A DNA stretch of 64,000 bases from Candidatus Marinacidobacterales bacterium (lineage in GTDB: Bacteria; Acidobacteriota; Vicinamibacteria; Marinacidobacterales; DATDRI01), in NCBI GenBank assembly GCA_965226495.1, contig OZ245365.1, positions 576,001 to 640,000 of the forward strand. The letters run 5' to 3'. Within the stretch, counting starts at the first letter, position 1, and each line of letters starts with the position of its first letter. Below are positions 60,514 through 64,000 of this stretch, piece by piece. The translations under genes and the position numbers were made by a program. The notes under the pieces are model-generated. The model made no database searches and was not told the origin of the DNA. It saw only the letters and a list, made by a program, of their open reading frames with translations.

Positions 60514-63500
60514 ATGGGGAGTGGTGCGCCCGGTAACAAGATCCTGGGTCTTGCTCTGCTTGCTGTCACCTGTCTATTCGGAACGACCTCGCCCTCCTAT
60601 GCCCAGATCGCGACCGGTACCTACATCGGGGACAACAGCGCAGGCCGTGTGATCACAGTTGGCTTCCAGCCGGACATCGTCATTATTAAGGTCGACGACG
60701 GAAGCATTTCCACTCCAACACAGGGGGTCATCAGAACCTCCACGATGGGCAACACGAAGGAAGCCTGGGGCAGTTCCGCCCTCCAGGCTGGTTACATCAC
60801 AGCGCTCACGGGTACGGGGTTCACCGTGGGCAACGACATTCGAGTCAATGGCAGGGATATCTGCGGGCTGGGGACGGACCCTTGTGTCTACTACTGGATT
60901 GCCCTCAAGGCCGATAGCGATATCAAACTCGGCACCTACGTTGGCGACGGGAACGCCACGCAGTCCGTCACCGGGGTGGGTTTCTCTCCCGAGTACGTGA
61001 TGACGATGGCTGACGCCAATCACTACCCTTACAACCGCACCAATCAGGGAACCGTGGAATCTCGTCGGCTGCGCAACGGAGGAACACCCAACAACGGCCT
61101 TCCATCTCTCGACGTCGGCGGCTTCACCGTCGGAAATGCAGGAAGTACCTCCGAGTTTCAAAACGAGAACCTCGTGACCTACCACTACATCGCGCTCAAT
61201 GACGTCCCTGGGAAGATCAAGGTGGGTGGCTACGCAGGCATCGGGTCCTCGCAAAACATCACTGGACTCGGTTTTCAACCCGAATTCGTGATGACGCAGG
61301 CTTGGACCGACTCCAAGGAGGCGAATTTCAAGAGCGACAAGATGGCGGCCGGCGAGACGATGGACTTTGCTTCGGCCGTTCTTACGGGTCGCATCACGGC
61401 GATTCTTCCCGATGGTTTCACCGTGACCGGTGACAGCCGCGTCGGAAACTCCGGCGAAAGCTACGGTTACGTCGCCTTCAACGCCGGTCAAAACCCGCTT
61501 TGCTGGGACCCAAGCTACTTACACCGTCAGCAGGTGACGGTCTCGGCCGGATCCGTCGCGGTCCCGGCCGACTACACGCAATCTTTGACGTTCGACCACG
61601 CGGCGCTGGTCTCGGCGGGAAAATCCCTGGCGAACGGCGACGATCTCCGAGTTGTCTATTGGAATGGCGCTACCTGGGAAGAGCTCAACCGCATCCTCGA
61701 TCCCGCGTCCTCGTGGAACAGCGCCACAACCACGATCTTGTTCAAGCTACCGGCCGGAATCGCTGCCTCTTCTTCGGACACCAACTACTACCTTCATTAT
61801 GGCAACCCCGCCGCGACCAATCCGCCCGCGGACCCCGCATACGTATACGTCCATTACGATGGCTACGAGAGTGGGGACTACGGTGGCTGGACCGGTGAGA
61901 GCTCGGGGCCCGGAGACACCAACACTATCGTCACTGGGCCATCTCCCGTTCACAGTGGCACCTACGCCTCGGAGTCCTTCGTGGACGGCGACGCGGTTCA
62001 GTCGGACTGGGCGTTCGTCGACGAGGACTTCACCGGCAAGCCGGGTCTGCACTCGACGATCTGGGTCTACATTCCGACCGGCTACACCGCAGAAGATGAC
62101 ATCACCGTTCTTCATACCTACACCGGTGGCTGGACGACGAAGGTGGCGTCTTTGGCAATCCGCTCACCTATTGGGGATATGAGGCCCCTCCTTGGCATTC
62201 ACCCGGCCGGACCCACGTTTCATTTCGGTACCGGTACCGCGCTGAGTTTGGATACATGGCACAAGTTGGAGATGAAAATCTGGGTCGATCCCGTCAACGG
62301 GCGCGCCGAGGTGTGGCAAGACGACGTCAAGACCATAGACCTGACCGGCGTCAACACCGGCAGTGGACCCATCGACCATACGATCCACAACATATTTCAT
62401 AAGACGATTAGCGCCGTGCTCCCCGACACTCTCTATTTCGACGACTCTCTCGACCAGGTCTGGCTGGATGGCAACGACCCGACCGCCGTCTTAGGTGCCG
62501 AAACGGATGGGTGCGCCTGCGATTGGCAATTCACCAAGAAGATCACGATCGATCACACGAAAGTCGGGCTGGATAACACGGGCTCCCTGTCCGGCAACTT
62601 TCCCGTCTTCATCGATATCACCGCGGATTACCTGAAGACGACAGCAAACGGTGGCGACATACAAAACGCCAACGGCTATGACATCATCTTCCTGGATTCC
62701 GACCAGATGACTCCGCTCGACTACGAGGTCGAAAAATACGATGGATCGACTGGGCGCCTCGTGGCGTGGGTGAGCGTGCCCAACCTGTCCAAGGCGACCG
62801 ACCGAGATATCTTCCTTTCTTATAGCAACGCCTGCATCTTCTCGTCTCAGGAGAACGTCGCCAATATTTGGACTTCCTTCAACGGAGTCTGGCACTCCAA
62901 GGAAACACCAGCAGACGGAACGACCGATGCTCATCGAGATTCGACCTCAAACAACAACCACGGAACCCCAGAGGACTTCGAAGATGGAGACGGCGGATCG
63001 ACCGACGCGGTAGGCAATTTCGATGGCGCCAATGATTACAAGGTTAATGCCGACCGAGTGGCAGTCAATGACGACGCGAGTCTGGAGCCCAGTGGCGACA
63101 TGACCCTGGAGGCTTGGGTGCAGTTCGATGCATCGACGGACGGATCGATCGTCTACAAGCGTCATTCGGCAGCGCCATGGTTCTCTTATCAACTCTACGC
63201 GAGCAGCTCGCAAGGCACCTTTAAGCCGTTTTTTGAATGGAGAAATAGTTCAGGGACCGCCTGGGTCACGTTCCAGACTGCTGGTGCATTGAGCATGGGG
63301 ACTTGGTACCACCTGGTTGGTGTGCATTCGGGAACGGATCTCAAACTCTATATCAACGGAAGTAACGTCAACGTGACGAATGGGACGACTTCTGGGACGC
63401 TCTTCGATTCCGATTTCGAACTTAATATCGGGGCGACTTGGAGCGGAGGTCTGTCGATTGACGGTATCATCGACGAGGTTCGCATTTCTCCTAGCGCTCG

Positions 63501-64000
63501 CTCGGAGGATTGGATTCTGACCTCCTACAACCAGGGCTTACCCTCTTTCTACACCATTGAAAGTGCCGAGGACGTGACCCTTGCCGATCATGCGGTAGGT
63601 CAGGAATCGGACAAGTTCTTCTCCGCCCCCTCGGTCACGGGAGCGGAGCTCTTTGCCTTTCAGCTCACCAACAACACAGCCGGCGCCCTCACCGTGGACC
63701 AAGTGGTTCTGCCCCTGTCCGCCGTCAGTGGAATTGCCGATACGGATTTCGCCAATCTGCTTCTCTACGTAGATGACAACGGAGATGGAACGATCGATGG
63801 CTCCGATGTCACCGGCACGGTGGGGGGCTCGGGTTCCGTCGACGCGGGCGTGACGACAATCACTTTCGGTGCGAATTTCCCGATAGCCGCCAGCTCAACC
63901 GTCAACTACATCCTCATCGGGGACGCAAACAATCTGGTCTCCAACGACACGGTCACCATCGATCTAGATACTACTGATGTAACGCTCCTTTCGGGCACCG
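60514..64000 (+). CDS. Giant secreted repeat protein 4, 5' part (GFQPD repeats, DUF2341-like and LamG-like domains); runs off the window
   Basis: Not in the ORF track because it has no stop. MGSGAPGNKILGLALLAVTCLFGTTSPSYA-QIATGTYIGD...VGFQPD; DUF2341-like KKITIDH...NFPVFI...DYEVEKYD...VAWV; LamG-like TLEAWV...WYHLVGV...LYING...GIIDEVRIS; and a TLADH..GQ module. ATG 60499 is an alternative start. Confidence 0.88.
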   Translation, partial: MGSGAPGNKILGLALLAVTCLFGTTSPSYAQIATGTYIGDNSAGRVITVGFQPDIVIIKVDDGSISTPTQGVIRTSTMGNTKEAWGSSALQAGYITALTGTGFTVGNDIRVNGRDICGLGTDPCVYYWIALKADSDIKLGTYVGDGNATQSVTGVGFSPEYVMTMADANHYPYNRTNQGTVESRRLRNGGTPNNGLPSLDVGGFTVGNAGSTSEFQNENLVTYHYIALNDVPGKIKVGGYAGIGSSQNITGLGFQPEFVMTQAWTDSKEANFKSDKMAAGETMDFASAVLTGRITAILPDGFTVTGDSRVGNSGESYGYVAFNAGQNPLCWDPSYLHRQQVTVSAGSVAVPADYTQSLTFDHAALVSAGKSLANGDDLRVVYWNGATWEELNRILDPASSWNSATTTILFKLPAGIAASSSDTNYYLHYGNPAATNPPADPAYVYVHYDGYESGDYGGWTGESSGPGDTNTIVTGPSPVHSGTYASESFVDGDAVQSDWAFVDEDFTGKPGLHSTIWVYIPTGYTAEDDITVLHTYTGGWTTKVASLAIRSPIGDMRPLLGIHPAGPTFHFGTGTALSLDTWHKLEMKIWVDPVNGRAEVWQDDVKTIDLTGVNTGSGPIDHTIHNIFHKTISAVLPDTLYFDDSLDQVWLDGNDPTAVLGAETDGCACDWQFTKKITIDHTKVGLDNTGSLSGNFPVFIDITADYLKTTANGGDIQNANGYDIIFLDSDQMTPLDYEVEKYDGSTGRLVAWVSVPNLSKATDRDIFLSYSNACIFSSQENVANIWTSFNGVWHSKETPADGTTDAHRDSTSNNNHGTPEDFEDGDGGSTDAVGNFDGANDYKVNADRVAVNDDASLEPSGDMTLEAWVQFDASTDGSIVYKRHSAAPWFSYQLYASSSQGTFKPFFEWRNSSGTAWVTFQTAGALSMGTWYHLVGVHSGTDLKLYINGSNVNVTNGTTSGTLFDSDFELNIGATWSGGLSIDGIIDEVRISPSARSEDWILTSYNQGLPSFYTIESAEDVTLADHAVGQESDKFFSAPSVTGAELFAFQLTNNTAGALTVDQVVLPLSAVSGIADTDFANLLLYVDDNGDGTIDGSDVTGTVGGSGSVDAGVTTITFGANFPIAASSTVNYILIGDANNLVSNDTVTIDLDTTDVTLLSGT

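Overview
GC-rich bacterial window in two parts. (1) 1-8.9 kb is a metabolic and regulatory block: a membrane-anchored wHTH (ToxR/CadC-like) regulator cut by the window edge, two class-V PLP enzymes (kynureninase-like), a TM-helix-repeat/MscS-like membrane protein, a hotdog thioesterase, a 3-hydroxyacyl-CoA dehydrogenase/enoyl-CoA hydratase fusion, and an Ldh_2-family protein with both conserved histidines replaced by Gln. (2) 9.1-64 kb is a tandem array of four giant signal-peptide-bearing repeat proteins: about 5930 aa if one frameshift at about 21416 is corrected, 4009 aa, about 6150 aa, and a fourth running off the window end. Each has a mosaic passenger built from a shared pool of modules. 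The three complete genes end in a near-identical ~1015-aa cassette: TAVELxxF motif, Ig/FN3-like domain, C25 propeptide-like region, then a PorU/gingipain-like C25 peptidase with an intact His/Cys dyad. All four genes have the same upstream layout of enhancer boxes, an IHF-like site and a sigma-54 -24/-12 promoter, with conserved spacing. Between genes 3 and 4, three toxin-antitoxin-type units are interleaved with decayed copies of the cassette 3' end. A ~72-bp double-hairpin element is inserted in frame at two different sites of the cassette. All family assignments come from motif recognition by eye; no database searches were run.
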